The notes: generated from the sequence alone by a model not told the origin. A DNA stretch of 64,000 nt from Vitrella brassicaformis CCMP3155 (GCA_001179505.1 CDMY01000385.1:310001-374000), one strand, 5' to 3'; numbered from the stretch's first letter, positions 1 through 12,445 are shown. Made by a program: numbers and translations.

Positions 1-16
1 GCCCTTATGTGTGCAG

Positions 17-247
17 CTTGGTGGCTTCGAGGTGCGTCGTCTCGAGAACGGTCATGTGGAGCTCTCATACTTCAACCAGGTAGGTCAGCCACATAACTAA
101 CGTCGCTTTGGGACCACTTGTGTGTGTGTGGCGTGTCAGGCTGATCTGTGCGGCAACATCTCCGAGTGGCTGGTGACGCAGGCCAAGCTGGATCAGCTCA
201 AGATCGTGACCAATGTCAAGAGGCAGCTCATAAAGAAGACGGCATGA
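17..247 (+). CDS. 3' end of a START/SRPBCC lipid-binding domain protein (5' part lies outside the window)
   Basis: Exons 17-79 and 140-247 join through a GT-AG intron to give LGGFEVRRLENGHVELSYFNQADLCGNISEWLVTQAKLDQLKIVTNVKRQLIKKTA*. This fits the START C-terminal pattern GF.I..L..G...(Y)..Q.DL.G.IP.WLV followed by a terminal helix. Confidence 0.6.
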
Positions 248-1032
248 GACAAACGCAGGCAGGCCAGCCATAGACAGAGACAGGCAAGACAGGGCAAGGC
301 AGTGCAAGGCAAGGCAAGACAAGACCAGTAGGGTAGGCTAGGTAATTGCAGGTCAATCGATATGGGATCATTGGCACTTCTCCCGTCCCATTGTGCTCTT
401 CGCTCGCATGGAGGCAACGGCCCCGTGTGTCCATCCGTCCGTCCCTTCGTCGGTCGGTCGGTCGGTCTGTCTGTCTGACTATCTGTCTGAGTCAGTTATG
501 GTGGCTTTGTTGGCCTTAATTGCTCGTGTGTGGTCCTGTCCTCTGAAGTGTCTGTCTGTCTGTCTGTGTTGGGAGGAGGGGCTGGCAGCTCAGCTGGCTC
601 TGACGTGACTTTGTGTGTGTTTGGACTTGTGGGATCTCATCCTGTGTCCTCTTCACCTTGATCACATCGCCTCCTGTGTGAAGGCTGCCCCTCGCTGGCC
701 TCGTTTCATGGTCAGCTGTTCTGGCAAGTTCTGTCTCGTTTGTTGCTGTCCAAGAGCATTGAGACAGCCGGATGGACGAAAGCCGTGACTGCGTCACGCA
801 CACACCGCAACACACACACGCATCCACCCACCCACCCGCCACGCAAAGGCACGGCACAGCACGGCACAGCGCGGCCTGCCTGCCTGCCTCAATGTGCGAT
901 AGACTCACTCAGCTGCGATCGTCCGTCCAACCAACCAATCGACCAAGGCACAGTGATGAGCAATCGACACACCGACCACCGACCAAATGACACAAAACGC
1001 ACCACACCGACAGACCTACTGGCTAGTCTAGT

Positions 1033-4000
1033 TTATTCACAGGCAATGGATGTCTCGTCAGGGTAGCCCGTCTTCAGAATGCGGTAATCAGCACAGCCTA
1101 CACACACCACACACAAACCCCCAAACCCCCCACACACGCACACGTGATGTCTCGGTCTCTCTGTGGCTCAACCACTGTCTGTGTCTGTCGGTCTGTGTTG
1201 TGTTGTGTGTGTTGGTTACAGTCTGGTTTAGGTCCTATCCACTTGCCGTCGTTGCACATATGAAAGAACACCGTCCCCGTCTTATTGGTCGGCCTTGGCG
1301 CGTCGCTGGCCGGCGGCTCGCTGAAGTGCCGCAGCACACGCGGGCCCACAGACCTCTGCGGATCCAGACACTCGATAGCCACAAAGGTCCCCTCGCCGTA
1401 CAGACGCTTCTCAGCGCGAGACTTCTCGCACCGGTCACCAGCAAGGTCGTTCTTCGGCCGCCAGCAGTTGGCTGCGTCGCAGCAGCCCGGCCCCCACATC
1501 GAGTAGGTCCGCGCGCGAGGCACCAGCTGGTCTTCTGCTCGGCAGAGTTTTGGCGCGAGGCCTAATGGCTCGCCCTGGGGAGTGCTGATGTTGAGGGGCT
1601 TCAGAGCCATCTGCTCCCGCCGCAGCGACACACGGGCGTTGAAGTCTCTGTCCGGCTCGAGGAGATCGAAGACGCCCTCGCCTGTGGCCTTGTGCGTGTA
1701 ATCCCGCCTTCTGGCGGCCGTGTTGCGTTGCCGTCGTTTCTCGAGCAGCAGTTGTCTGGCCTGTTTGGCCTCCTGCTTCATCTGGTACTCCTCCAGCCCT
1801 TCACGAATGTCGGCTTCCTCCTCGGCCGTCTGGCTCAGCTGCAGCAGCAGAGTGCCCTCGGTCATGACCTCGCTCTCCCCCCCACCCCCGCCCCCGCCCC
1901 CTGAGACAGCCTCCTCCAGCTGTCTTTGTTGCTCGGGCGCGATGTCCTCGATGCGGCCGGCCTGGTCGTTGCAGCGCTTGGTGCGGAGGAAGCCAGCTTT
2001 TCTTGGGTCGTCGGTGTCGACGGGCTCGACCCACCAGAAGAGGTAGTGGTCGTTGTCGAGCTCCAGACGAGCGGGGTCCCAGGAGCCCACACACCCCACT
2101 GTTTGGCGAAAGGAAGGGCAGATCCGGACACACTTAAATAGATGTGTAGATCTGACTCTTTCCTCACTGTCCGTGTGTTTCTGTAGTTCTGTGTGTCTGT
2201 GTGGCTGATAGACCTACCTGCACATCTGAATGGCAGTGGGTTTGGCGCCCACTTTCCGTCGGAGCACACGACTCGTGTGACGCGTGGCTTCTCGTTGTAT
2301 CCCTCATTCAGCCGCATGACGCCAGCCCAGTCCCGCGGCCACGCTGCCACAGGCGCGAACTGAGCCCGCGTGTCGCACGTCACCAAATGCAGAGTCCCAG
2401 GCTGATATACCAATGCATATAATGACACAAGACATGACCTTGCATCATACCATCTTTATAGGCCTCTCTGTGTTGTGTGTGTGTGTCTGCCGGACTGACT
2501 CTGCGAATGGCGGCCTTGACTTGTCCTTGCGTCTGTGGTGCTCGTGTGACGGTGGTGCCGTTGGGGAAGGTGGCGGGCAGCTGGCTGGGGACGAGCGTCT
2601 TGGCGATCTTGTACGGCGACGCACCGCTGTTGCACTTCTCCCTGGCCTCGGCCTGGTTGCCCCTGGTGGTCTGGCTGACGTGGTACTCCACACACAAATT
2701 GTACAATATGTTGTCATACCCCTCGTCACACGGCACTGATGGCACACACACACATAGACACACAGACACACACACACACACACAAGAGACAGACGAGAGG
2801 TCGTGGGTGTGTTATGTGCCTTTCGTTGTGTTTATGTCTGTGTGTGTGTACTTTGGCATTTGAGAGCAGGCCTGGACCATCGACCGTCGAGGCACTCCAC
2901 TTGGTCGAAGACCACACCGCCGTCAGTCGCGCGACCAGGGGAAAAGAGCGGCTCATACGGTCTAAACGCACACATACAACACCCAATACCCCACCGTCGT
3001 TGTGTCCGCTCCGTCCACTTTGAATGAGCTCATTCATTTCACTCACTCACTCTTTGCATGTGATGTATCTCATGGTTCCTGGCGGCAGTGGCTTGGCAGT
3101 CTGTGTGATGCCCTGTGCGCCGATGGGTGTGAGGGAGATCAGGTCCTTGAGCTCGGTGTCGCGGTACACCTTGTAGCGCTCCTCCCCGCCGCCAGCGCCC
3201 TCCTGCGGCCCGCGGTACTCCGAGCACATCCCTGACCAGTCGAATCGACACACACAGAGAAGGGGGTGTGCTGTGCCGTGGTGTCTCCCTCCCTCCGTCC
3301 CTCCCTCCCTCCCTCCCTCCCTCTGTGTGTTGAGCGTTGTGTGGCTCACTCACTTTTGCATATGATGACTTTGCTGGTCCATCTGCCGTTGTCGCAGTAG
3401 ACACGGTCCTTGCCCGGCAATACCTTCTGACCCGTCTCTGTCACCAACTCATCCTACACAGACACACATCACAGAGGTCCCCCGGTGACCCATCCCATTC
3501 ATCAGAGACATACAGACAGACAGAGATGCATCGCAGTCAGCCATATATCCCACCGCACCCACCGGCATGTGGTTGGGTCCACAGTCGAGTATTCTCTCGG
3601 CGCCAGGGAAAAGCCCCCACTTGGTCTTGTTGTCTGGGAGAGCCGCACCCTCCTCGGCCTCCCTGAGGCTCATCTCCTCGTCGTCAGACTTGGCCTGCAA
3701 ATCGTTGGGCTCCACCAAATAACCCGTGGCCACCTTGTAACCTGTCTCATTCTGGTACGCCGGACAACGAGCTGTTGTGGATACACAGAGACACACATGG
3801 AGAGACTTGTGGAATCTCTCGTTCCCTCTGTCTCCCCTTCTATTCTATCTATGTGTGTGCGTAGGTACGTTGGCAGTTGAGTACGAGAGCCTGCCACTTG
3901 CCGTCTTCGCACTGCACCTCCTCCTGGTTGTCGAGTGGGTTCTCGCGGTTGAAGAAGCCCGAGGCCGTCCGGCACTTGACCAGGCGACGCGCACCGTGCT

Positions 4001-7000
4001 TGGTCGAGTTGTGCTCCGCCGACACCTCATAGCGCTCCTCAGGGGCAGGGAACAATCCACATTTCTCTGAAAGATGCATGGCATACAATGCAGAGCACAA
4101 ACACACAACAAACAAGGCCTCGCCTCGGTGAAGAAGGGAGAGAGAGGACGTTGATTGGATTTCTCCTGTGTACTGTAGCATTTGAGGTTGATGTTAGAGA
4201 ATTTCCCCCTGTGACAAGCGACCACGGTTGTGTGCACGTTGACCCCCTGTGGCGTAGAGTATCCGTTGGCCACGTGGCAGCCCACAGTGCGCGACTCCCC
4301 CGGCATGACCCAGCCCTCCTTGCTGCTGCCCCCCTCGGTGATCTCTCCCATGGCCGCCTCCTCCTCCTCTGTCGTGTTGCTCGTCGGCATGGCGCCCTTC
4401 TTCAGAAACACGTAGCCCATAGCCAATCTCACCTCAGGACATGTGCCTGCGAAAGAGAGAGAGACAAAGAGAGAGAGAGAGAGAGGGGGATTGCATGTCC
4501 GTCGCACTTGTGGTTTTCCATGGGCGCTGGGCTGCTGGGATGCGTAGCGTACGTACGTTCGCATTTGAGTGAGATCATTGTCCACCTGCCGTCGTTGCAC
4601 TCAGTGTAGTCAGGGTTGGGCCCCGACACGTTGTAGAAGGCCGTGTCGTTGGTGCGCAGACACGAGACGGTCTTCTGGCTGCCGTGCGTCACCATCCCGC
4701 CTGGCGGATCCACCATGTAATCCAACGCTTGCAAGTCCAACACCGGACAGTTCTCTGATATATACACCAATCGAGGCGCAGGAAGATGGAGGGAGGCGAT
4801 TGGGTGCATTGCATGAGATGAGGACCACTCCACTCCACTCCACTCCACTCACTTGTACATTTGAGGTTCAACGGTGTCCACTTCTTGTTGATGCAGAAGA
4901 TCGGGTAATCCCCCAGGGCCGGGTCGGCCGTGTAGCCCTCACTGCAGCCATACGCGCGGTAGCTGCCCTCCGCCAGCCGGCTGTGCTGCCCATCAATAAT
5001 CGCCAAGCCGTGTTCTGGCTTAGGAGGCGCCGGGCACTTGTCTGTACGAATGAATGAGAGTGCCGCAGGAGCAAACAAGTGGTGTCTTTCATTCTCTGCT
5101 GCCACACCTTTGCACACGAGAGAGTGGAAGGTCCAGTAGCCCTTCCTGCAGGAGAGCGTCTCCTCGGTGCGGTTGATGCGCCAAGAGACCTCGTAGCCCG
5201 CCGCGCATCGGACGGTCCGCTTGGCACCGGCGTATACGCCGTTGTCGTATTTTTCCACGACGTACTCGTCGGGGAGCGTGCCGAACTGCTGACAATTGGC
5301 TGTATTGCGTGCAGAACACACATGAGAGCAGACAATGTGCTTTTTGTGTGTGTGGGGGGGGGAAGGGGGGTGTTAGTGTACATTGGCAGTCGAGGTAGGC
5401 GTGGCTTCAGGTGCCGTTGATGCACTTGGTCTCGGCGATGAACTTGGGCCCATGCGCAGCGTCCGAGAAGCCGCCCACACAGTGCACATCGAGGATCGTC
5501 CCGTGGTGGAACTCGCGACCAGCAGCCGTCTTGTTGCCCCCTCTGTGGTCATGCTCTCGCCCGCCATGCTTGCCGCCCTTCACCTGCCCTTTGCCACCCT
5601 TAGTGCCCGACGTGGGATCGGTGGGGTGTTTGCCGCCTCGCACCTCTCCTCCTGGTCCTGGTGGCTGCTGCTCTTGCTCTTGGATCAAGGCGGGAGTTGG
5701 TCTTGCGGTGCGGTTTGGCCTTGGTCTGAGTGCCTGCTGGTGCGCGACGATGTTGTCGAGGTACTGATTGTAGTCCTGACAGCCGGCGAGAGTGCGGTTC
5801 CACAGACACTGGCCGGGCTTGGGCGTGTAGTCACCACACGACACTAATATATCACACGCAGCGCACAAGATGGTGAGTGAGTGGATGGCGTGGGATCCGA
5901 GCATACGTATGTGGATATCGTGTGCGTACATCTGCATTCGATGTCTTTGGGTGTCCATCTCCCGTCGACGCACTCCACCTTCCCCTGTGGCTGGCCGATC
6001 GACTCAAAGGGCTCCACACACTCGATGATGCGTTTGGTGCCGGGGGGCAGGTGGTGGGATGTCGGCGACTGCCCGAATTCCACCAATGCCGTACTCGTGT
6101 TGGTGCGGTTGCCATGGTTGGTGGGGGCGGGGGTGGAGGGGTAGATGAGGCGGTAGCCGGGCTCGGTGAGAATGTACTCGTGACATTTCCCTACACACCA
6201 CACAGGCATGTGGCGTGGATGTCTCTCTCTATGCGTGTCTCCATCCACTCACTGCAGTTGAGGTCGATTCGGGTCCACTGTCCGTCGACACACGAGATGA
6301 TGTCTCTGTGCTTGTCATTGAGATCGATGTACTCCTCCCCACACTCCACCAGTGCGTGCTGCGGCTTGCCCCCCTTTGTGTAGTCGGCAGGCAGGTAGCT
6401 CACCACCCCGTTGCCGCCCATAATGCGCCGCAGATCCATGTCCCACGCTGACATGTGCTCGCTGTCCGTGGCTGTGGCTGTGCCCATGTCAGTGTCTCGC
6501 ACTTGGATCAGCCGGGGGGCACGGCGAGAGTTGTGCTGCTGACGGTGCTGTCGGTGTCTGCTGGGCCCTCCCGCTGCCCACTTTTGGATGGAGGCCGTAT
6601 GTGAGACCGAGAGGAATGCCGTGGCGGCGTCTGTCGCTTCCGTGGCGGTTTTGTTTGATTTCTTGGTCGGCTGCAGGTATGAAACCTCATAGCCGAGGGG
6701 CAGCCAATCTATCTCGGGACACCCGTCTGTGGTCAGATCACACACTCATGCGCACGTCCCCNNNNNNNNNNNNNNNNNNNNNNNNNNNNNNNNNNNNNNN
6801 NNNNNNNNNNNNNNNNNNNNNNNNNNNNNNNNNNNNNNNNNNNNNNNNNNNNNNNNNNNNNNNNNNNNNNNNNNNNNNNNNNNNNNNNNNNNNNNNNNNN
6901 NNNNNNNNNNNNNNNNNNNNNNNNNNNNNNNNNNNNNNNNNNNNNNNNNNNNNNNNNNNNNNNNNNNNNNNNNNNNNNNNNNNNNNNNNNNNNNNNNNNN

Positions 7001-10000
7001 NNNNNNNNNNNNNNNNNNNNNNNNNNNNNNNNNNNNNNNNNNNNNNNNNNNNNNNNNNNNNCCCCCCCCCCCCCCCCCCCCCCCCCCCTCTCTCTCTCTC
7101 TCTCTCTTTCTCAATCTTACATTCGCATTTGAGCAGCAATGGCATCCACTCGCCCTTATAGCACTTGATGGTCTGCGGCGTCTCCCCGGCCGTCACCTCA
7201 CAGGTCGAGCAGCACGACACCTCAACCTCAGCTCCGTGACGACGACTCCCGTCACTCTTCACCAAGTAATGCGCACCCACGTTGGGGAAAATCGGACACT
7301 CGGCTGACCGCATTCACACAGGGAGTGGGAGAGGAAGAGGCATTCACTTGTGAGGTGCTGAGCAGCTGTGCGGGTGTCCCATGAATGTCCCGACTGACCT
7401 TCGCACAGAAGGGTGACGGTATCCAACTTGCCGCCGATGCAGCTGACTGTCTGCTGCTCCACCGTCGACGCCGAGTAGAATCCCGCCTTACATGACACGA
7501 TCCGCCAGGCGCCATGATATTCCCCCCCGCCCTCCGTCGGCATCACCGCATAACGCCTTTCATCCAGATGCACAAACGGACCGCAACGAGCTGACATGAG
7601 ACACACACACACCACACGACACCACACATTGCGCATGAGTGCCGTGCCTGTGTGGCCACATATATACATACCTGCACAGACGAGCGTCTTAGGCGCCCAC
7701 AGGCCGTTGTTGCACTCGAGCTTCTCCTCGGTCATGCCGCTCTTACCCTCCATTCCCTCCAGACACCGCACAATCGCCTGAGTGCCGTGGGCGGCCTCAG
7801 GCGGGCTGGCGGGGTCGAACAGAGGCGCTTCACCGGCAGGCGTCTGGCCCAGCGTGAGCATGGCCGACGGCGGCCCGCCAAACCCGCTGCTGAAGTCCTC
7901 CCCTTCCTTGGTCCTCTGTGTGGGGCCCCGCACGGGTGGTGGGGTGGTGCTGGGGGTTGGTGGTGTTGGTGGTTTGGTGGGTAGGAGGTCTGTGGGGATG
8001 GTGTAGTTGAGGTCTGCAAGAGAGGAGAACTCGTCGTCGGTGCCAGGGGGGCTGAAGGTGACGTTGTAGCGGGCAGTCAGCTCGGGGAAGGCCGGGCAGT
8101 CCCCTGTATGTCAGTGCGGTGGGTGGATGTGTGCAGAAAGACCAGACAGACAGGCAACAACACAGAAATGATCGGAGTCTCTCTTCTTGTGTGCGGTGCG
8201 GTGCGGTGCGGCCATTCGTTCGTTCGTTCGTTCGTTCATCATGACTTACGTGCGCAGACGAGCGAGAGGCTGGTGAATGTGCCGTCGAGGCAGACGAGCT
8301 CCTGTGAGTCACGGCCAGCGGCGCTGAAACCCGGATGGCACCTGAATGAAGCAATGAATGAACGGAGACCCAGACAACACATCCATGCCCTGCCCGCATC
8401 TCATCTGGCTGACTGTCTTTTTGTTGAGTGAGTGCAGTGCAGTTGTCTGTCGTGTCTTACACGGCGCGGTATTTCTCTCCATGTTTGGCGGCTTGACCCG
8501 TGAACTCCGGGACGAGTATCACCTCACGCGGCAATGCCTTGGTGTCATTCAGAGGGGCGCAGTCACCTAAACACACACACACACAACACACACACACACA
8601 ACACACACAGGAGGACATGAAATGGCCATCCCATCCATGTCTGTGCGTTGCGCGTGTGCCGTCAGTCAGTCATTTGGTCATTCATGTGCTTACGCAGGCA
8701 GAGCAGCGAGTGTTTGGTGAATTTGCCGTTGAGGCACTGGATTTGCTCCTTGGAGATGCCCCGTGGGTCGTGCAGCCCACTGGCGCAGTGGACCGTCCGT
8801 GTGTTGCCGTGGCGCGTCCCCTCGCCCGTCATGTAGTACCGGTCAATCGGCACCGGCACCTCCGGCTGCTCGCAATCCTCTTTAGGTGTATTTATTGCAG
8901 ACACACACACGCACACACACACACACACATTCACAGAGAGAGAGGTCTCCATCCATCCCTCCATGTCTGTCTACTCTTGTGTGTGCCTCTGTCTGTCTGT
9001 CTGTCTGTCTGTCTGCTTACTTCTGCACTCGAGGAGTATTTCGTCCCATTCGTTGTCGACGCAGGTGGTGAGCTGGTCCTCCACCTCAGAGTAGCCAGGG
9101 CTGTAGCCCGGCCGACAGGTGACGCGGTAGGTCGCACCGTGCACATAGCGCTGCTCGCTCGGCGTCAGCATGTCAGGTTGTACGCCACGCTCCCGTCCGT
9201 CCCGTCATCAAGTGTCGGCAACGGCGGCTCAGATGTGCAGCTCCCTGTGTGCCCACAGCACAGCACACATGTACAGTGCTACTGTATACGTCTGGGTGGC
9301 TCTCCGTATATATCTCTTACTTGCGCAGGTGAGTGCCCGTTCCTTGGGCACCCACTGGCCGTTGGTGCAGTAGACAGACTCGGGCTGGGCGCCGGTGGCC
9401 GGGCTGTGTCCCGCATCGCACCTCAGCTGGACGGTCGAGCCGAAAGGGAAGGTGGCGTTGTCCAGACAGTGAGCACACAGCAGATTGGGCTCCACTGGCT
9501 TGGGGAACGGGGGACACTCGGCTGGTAGAGAAACCGTCCACACACACAGAGAGGGAGGGAGAGGGGGATGTTGCATTGCATTAAGAGAGGGGAGTATGTG
9601 GTGTGGTGTGGTGCTTACGTTGGCAGTCGAGCGAGAACCCCACCCATTTGCCGCTGTCGCACACGACTCTGTTGTTAGCGTTGCCCGTCACACTCAAGTA
9701 GTGCCTTTTGCAGCTCACTATCACCGCAGCTCCGTGCCGATAGGTCACATTGTCGCCCCGGTGGGTGTGGGTGGTCTGCAGCAGTGTCACCTCCTCACCC
9801 TCCTCCTCCTCGAGACGCTCCTCCTCCCCTTCGGCGGTCTCGTTAGCCGCTGCTGCCGCTGCTGTGAGCTTGTGCTTGATATGGGCCACCGAATGGTCGG
9901 TGACAACACTGTAGGCGAGAGGGTCCGGGTTGATGAAGGGCGGACACACCTCTGCACACACAGAGGGAGGGGTGTGTGTGTTCAGTGCAGTGCGGGATGG

Positions 10001-12445
10001 TGATGGTGTGGTCCGTGCGTCGCTCACTGTAGCATTCGATGGATCGTCGTGTGAATTTGCCGTCGATGCATGTGACATTGACGGTCTCCTTGATCTGCCC
10101 CTCTGCCACAGCATAGCCCTCCTCCTCGTTGCAGCTGATCATCAGCGCCGTCCCGTGGCTCTCCAATGTGCCCTTCTCCAACAGATCGCCCTCGTCCGCA
10201 TCCGTGGTGTTGGGCTGCTGCTGCTGCATAGCCTCATCCTCCTGCAGGTTGAGGGCGATCTGTGCCAGCTCCATCATGTCGGTCGGCAGCACTCCCTCCG
10301 TGTCACGCTCCGTCTTGAAGCGCGGCGCCGGCGCGTCCTGGTACGGCGGACACATCTCTGCAACAAGCCCACAGAGAGAGAGAGAGAGATGCACAGGTCT
10401 CTGTCTCTGTCTCTCTGTGTGTGTGGGGGGGGGCNNNNNNNNNNNNNNNNNNNNNNNNNNNNNNNNNNNNNNNNNNNNNNNNNNNNNNNNNNNNNNNNNN
10501 NNNNNNNNNNNNNNNNNNNNNNNNNNNNNNNNNNNNNNNNNNNNNNNNNNNNNNNNNNNNNNNNNNNNNNNNNNNNNNNNNNNNNNNNNNNNNNNNNNNN
10601 NNNNNNNNNNNNNNNNNNNNNNNNNNNNNNNNNNNNNNNNNNNNNNNNNNNNNNNNNNNNNNNNNNNNNNNNNNNNNNNNNNNNNNNNNNNNNNNNNNNN
10701 NNNNNNNNNNNNNNNNNNNNNNNNNNNNNNNNNNGGGGGGGGGGGGGAGTTCACGTACGTTTGCATTTGAGTGCGATGTTCTCCCACGTGCCGTCCCTCT
10801 GGCACTTGATGTGCTGCTGCGGCAGACAAGGGTCTGCGGGCGAGTAGGCCTCGGCACACGCAATGTCCCTCCAGCTGCCATACGAACGGCCGGTGTCGTG
10901 ACCGGCTTTGATCGCCAGATGCTTCTCCTGAGGCAAGGGGGGCCGCTGGGGGCACTTCTCTGATGAATGAGATAAGGAGCAAGGACAGTGGTGAATGGAT
11001 GGATGTGTCTGTGTCTCGGTGTGTAGATGGTGATGGGCTGGTTACTGAGGCAGGAGCACGAGCAAGTTGCACTGCCAAACTCGTTGACGGAGTCTACCTT
11101 CCAATCGCAGGTCTCCTCAAGATCACTCTGCACAGTCCCGTCACCACAGTAGCCCTGGAGCTCTGCACACACACACACACAGACACACCAACCGGGCATA
11201 CAAAGTATGATCCATTTGCTTTGTATGTGACTTACCGAGTGGGCTAGATCTGTAGCTGTCGAGTGACTGTATAATGTTCTCCTCTTTCATGGCGTTCTCG
11301 CGGATGTGCAGAAATGACACCTCGCCGTCGAGGCACTCGGTGCCGTAGATGGTGCACCCGAAAGTGAGTCTCCCCGGCTTCTTCAGAATGGCCGCCAAGG
11401 CCGCGTCATGCACCTCCCGCAGTTGGTCGCGGCGACGATTGAACTTGTAAACACCATACTGCACCAAAAGCACACACGTGAGAGGGTGGATGTGTGTATA
11501 TCGGTTAAGTGAAGTGGGTGGGTTGGTGGCTGACCTCGACGAGTTCCTTGCCCTCGTCGTCGGCCCTCACTCTGAGTACGAATGCCCACAGCTGCAGGAA
11601 GTGCTTGCAGGTCTCCTTGGTGAGTGTGAGGATGGTCTTGTCGCCCCCCACCCAGGCCAGCCCGACTTTCATCCCCAGCATGTCCACGTCCTCCGAGTTG
11701 CCCCCGCCCTCACCCACCTCCTTACCTCCCTCGTCAGTCACACCCTCGGCGAACGGCGTCGAGGCCGCCGTAGACCGGCTGTGGTTCTTGAAATGGTCCA
11801 GCGGCTCCAGGATGATCGACAGCCCGGCCTCGGTGGAGAGCAGGGTCTGTCTGCGGGAGGGGGGCTTGTCTGTCTTGAGCCGGAAGGCCATGAATATGGT
11901 GGTGTTGGCCAGGGTGAAGGAGCAGGCGCTGGTCATGGCGTTGCCGACGCCTTCAGGAGTGGGGAGCGGGTTCACGCCGCCACTGCAGATGCACAGAGCA
12001 GCAACCGATGGATGCATCGCACCCATGAAGGACTGTCTGCTGTCTCTAGAATGTCTTACTGAGTCATCTTAGGTCCGAGCTGCTTTGGGTTGGTCTTGAG
12101 CGAGAGCTTCCTCTTGACCTCCGGCTCTTTAAAGTCCGTCATTCGCTCTATATGCGTCGTGTCCTCCTCGTCAGGCTCCGTCCTGTCGTCCTCGGGCCGG
12201 GCGTCAAGCTCCTCATAAGACGCCACGGCCTCGTCACACGACTGAGACGAACACTTGCAAGGCGGCTTCTCTGGGGCCTCACTGACGATAGTTGTCGAGG
12301 AAGCTCGACGAGAAGAAAGTGCCGTCGCGGAAGCCACCTTTGCCGCGGAAAGACGAGGCAGCAGGGATGGGTCAGCGTGACCACTCCCTCTCACGATGGG
12401 CACACATGACGCCACGAAGACAACAGTAAGGGAAACAACAGCCAT
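1033..12445 (-). CDS. Giant secreted multi-Sushi/CCP protein (signal peptide, LamG/pentraxin-like domain, CGDG Cys repeat, ~22 CCP-like modules; ~2,600 aa). As assembled it has an in-frame TGA and frame breaks, so it may be a recent pseudogene
   Basis: ATG at 12445 gives MAVVSLTVVFVASCVPIVRG (signal-like). About 31 exons. Repeated module C-P-x-[FY]...Y-x-V...(H)G....C...C..G.W....L.C, mostly one module per phase 1-1 exon (e.g. 10759-10959, 9321-9521, 8694-8879, 7399-7590, 7121-7303, 5108-5299, 4853-5041, 4557-4754, 3869-4066; all multiples of 3). Last exon ends ...GYPDETSIACE* at 1033. No C-terminal TM or GPI stretch seen. Confidence 0.85.
6762..7061. other. Assembly gap (300 N) next to a poly-C tract
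   Basis: Run of Ns followed by a C homopolymer and (CT)n. Lies inside a Sushi-gene intron. Confidence 0.98.
10435..10734. other. Assembly gap (300 N) flanked by poly-G
   Basis: Run of Ns with G runs on both sides. Lies inside a Sushi-gene intron. Confidence 0.98.
11046..11162 (-). other. Myxococcus-type Cys-rich repeat (CGDG...E.CD, DUF4215-like) on its own phase 1-1 exon
   Basis: ELQGYCGDGTVQSDLEETCDWKVDSVNEFGSATCSCSCL matches CGDG-x6-E-x-CD-x(n)-C-x(1-3)-C. The exon is 117 nt. Confidence 0.65.
11236..11982 (-). other. LamG-like/pentraxin (ConA jelly-roll) domain of the Sushi gene
   Basis: Exons 11535-11982 and 11236-11458 encode SFTLANTTIFMAFRLK...RLTFGCTIYGTECLDGEVSFLHIRENAMKEENIIQSL, resembling the Laminin_G_3 pattern FT(I)..WF(K)...L.IG......F.G.IDEVRIY..ALS..EI..L. 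Confidence 0.55.

Noticed and set aside
5407-5409. Selenocysteine reading of the in-frame TGA
   Set aside because: The aligned position is the invariant Trp, not Cys, and I could not identify a SECIS.
6601-11199. Listed ORFs that cross the N runs (also 49757-50725)
   Set aside because: Artefacts of translating Ns as X.
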